From positions 38,998,001-39,062,000 of the forward strand of contig CM114271.1 of NCBI GenBank assembly GCA_050084515.1: a stretch of DNA of 64,000 nt, read 5' to 3'. Below, in pieces: positions 63,040-64,000 of the stretch. Position numbers and translations under genes: made by a program. Position 1 is the first letter of the stretch, and every line of letters starts with the position of its first letter. The stretch is from Blasia pusilla. Its lineage: Eukaryota. The notes beneath the pieces were generated by a model, which worked only from the letters and a program-made list of their open reading frames with translations, made no database searches and was not told the DNA's origin.

Positions 63040-63990
63040 GATACCACACCCATTGTGTGGTGTACCGGAGAGGGTATTCGAGTGTTAGATCTCTTTGGAG
63101 GGATTAGCACCAGGTTAGCTTCTTTGTTTTGAGTGCGAGTACAACAATACTGTATGTGGAGAGTGATGATGTTGCGGCGTGTCTCACTACGACATGTGGC
63201 GCAATTATGCCTCGTTTTCCCGACTTATTATCTGCGCGTCAGCGATCTGAGTACGAGTTCCCCTCTTGAGGATATTTTGTTGTTGGGGGCGCAGGACTTA
63301 GAGCGGGTAGGGACCATTGATTTGGTCATTGCGGTTGGCCATGTCGGGGCCAATCGAGTGCTCGATGAGGACGGGTTGGTGACACTCGGTCAGTTGTTTT
63401 GGGAGATGTTGAGGGTCTTCGGGATTTGAGAGCACGGTCTCGTTCTCGGCCTACATTCTAGAGAATGTGCCGATCTTAGGAGACTCAGTCACGGGTGGTG
63501 AGTGCTCATCAGTGCGTGCTGGATCGGCCAAGTGTTCTTGGATGTGGCGAGTGTAGGTTCTAGAGCCCATCGCTCGCGTCTATGGTGGACCAACTTGGTG
63601 CCCCATGCGGTGTTATGGAGGGCGTATCGAGTGGAGCGCCCCTCCCATTTGTTAGTGGATTCCATTTTGGATCCAGGTTGTCGATCACGAGCGGTGAGGC
63701 ACGATGATCGACCACCGTTGACGTGGAGGTAGGTAGGTGCGGGCGGCCTTGCCCAGTTGTGAGTTTTCCGCTTCTGTGCATACAAGGAGGCCGGTCCTGG
63801 CTTGGTTTGGGATGACCAGGTTCAGCGGTTGGTGGAGCCAACGCCCGACGAGAGAGAGCGAGCAATGGGATTTCCCACAGGAGTGACGGCAGTACCATCA
63901 GTGTGAGAGGCATCACGACGCCATGTCTTGGGTCAGCGATGGACTGAAGCGCTTGACATGGATCCTCACTTGGGAGTGGTGAGCGGCGTC
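63040..63990 (+). pseudogene. C5-cytosine DNA methyltransferase domain within the retroelement pol region (frameshifted as assembled)
   Basis: Motif I IRVLDLFGGIST (63076), motif IV IDLVIA-GWPCRG (63316-63350), LFWEMLRV, motif VI YILENVP (~63452), motif VIII DVASVGSRAHRSRLWWTN (63541), motif IX DERERAMGFPTG (~63847), and motif X RRHVLGQ(A)MD (~63917), in canonical order and spacing. Confidence 0.88.
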
Positions 63991-64000
63991 ATATGAGATC

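Larger units (their letters stand above)
58128..64000 (+). mobile_element. LTR (Ty3/Gypsy-like) retrotransposon carrying a DNA cytosine methyltransferase; runs off the window end
   Basis: Starts with TGTCACG, shared with the LTR terminus at 19797. Gag-like segments, CCHC-like knuckles, an aspartic-protease-like region and a C5-MTase domain follow on the same strand. RT and integrase are not visible in the window. Confidence 0.75.

Noticed and set aside
63040-63990. Host MET1/CMT/DRM gene or bacterial contamination as the source of the methyltransferase
   Set aside because: I saw no introns or BAH/chromo/UBA domains, the motif order is unpermuted (unlike DRM), and it is contiguous with gag/protease and an LTR shared with another locus in this plant window.

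Overview
This is eukaryotic nuclear DNA from a land plant, probably of non-seed (bryophyte or lycophyte) grade; the grade is an inference from gene and transposon content. There are four host genes: tRNA-Gln(CUG) (4636-4707, -), a two-coding-exon O-fucosyltransferase (7397-9968, +), a 15-exon Mediator subunit MED15a gene with long polyQ tracts and a GC-AG intron (31843-40592, -, 1356 aa), and a short MED15-derived paralog built from two tandem KIX domains (13871 to ~11724, -) that the ORF track misses because its exons are small. The rest is repeats and nested transposons: a 207-bp satellite, a full-length decayed Copia with both LTRs, Gypsy-type LTRs and a chromodomain integrase, CRE-like REL non-LTR remnants next to Helitron-like 3' ends, a LINE preceded by a 177-bp repeat array and inserted in a CACTA transposase, a ~420-bp inverted-repeat element, and a hAT remnant. 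The main finding is at the right edge. An LTR/Gypsy-type retroelement (from 58128) carries, after gag and protease, a C5-cytosine DNA methyltransferase domain with motifs I, IV, VI, VIII, IX and X in order (~63040-63990). The frameshifts I inspected in it fall at CWG-like sites, so they may be sequencing artefacts rather than decay.
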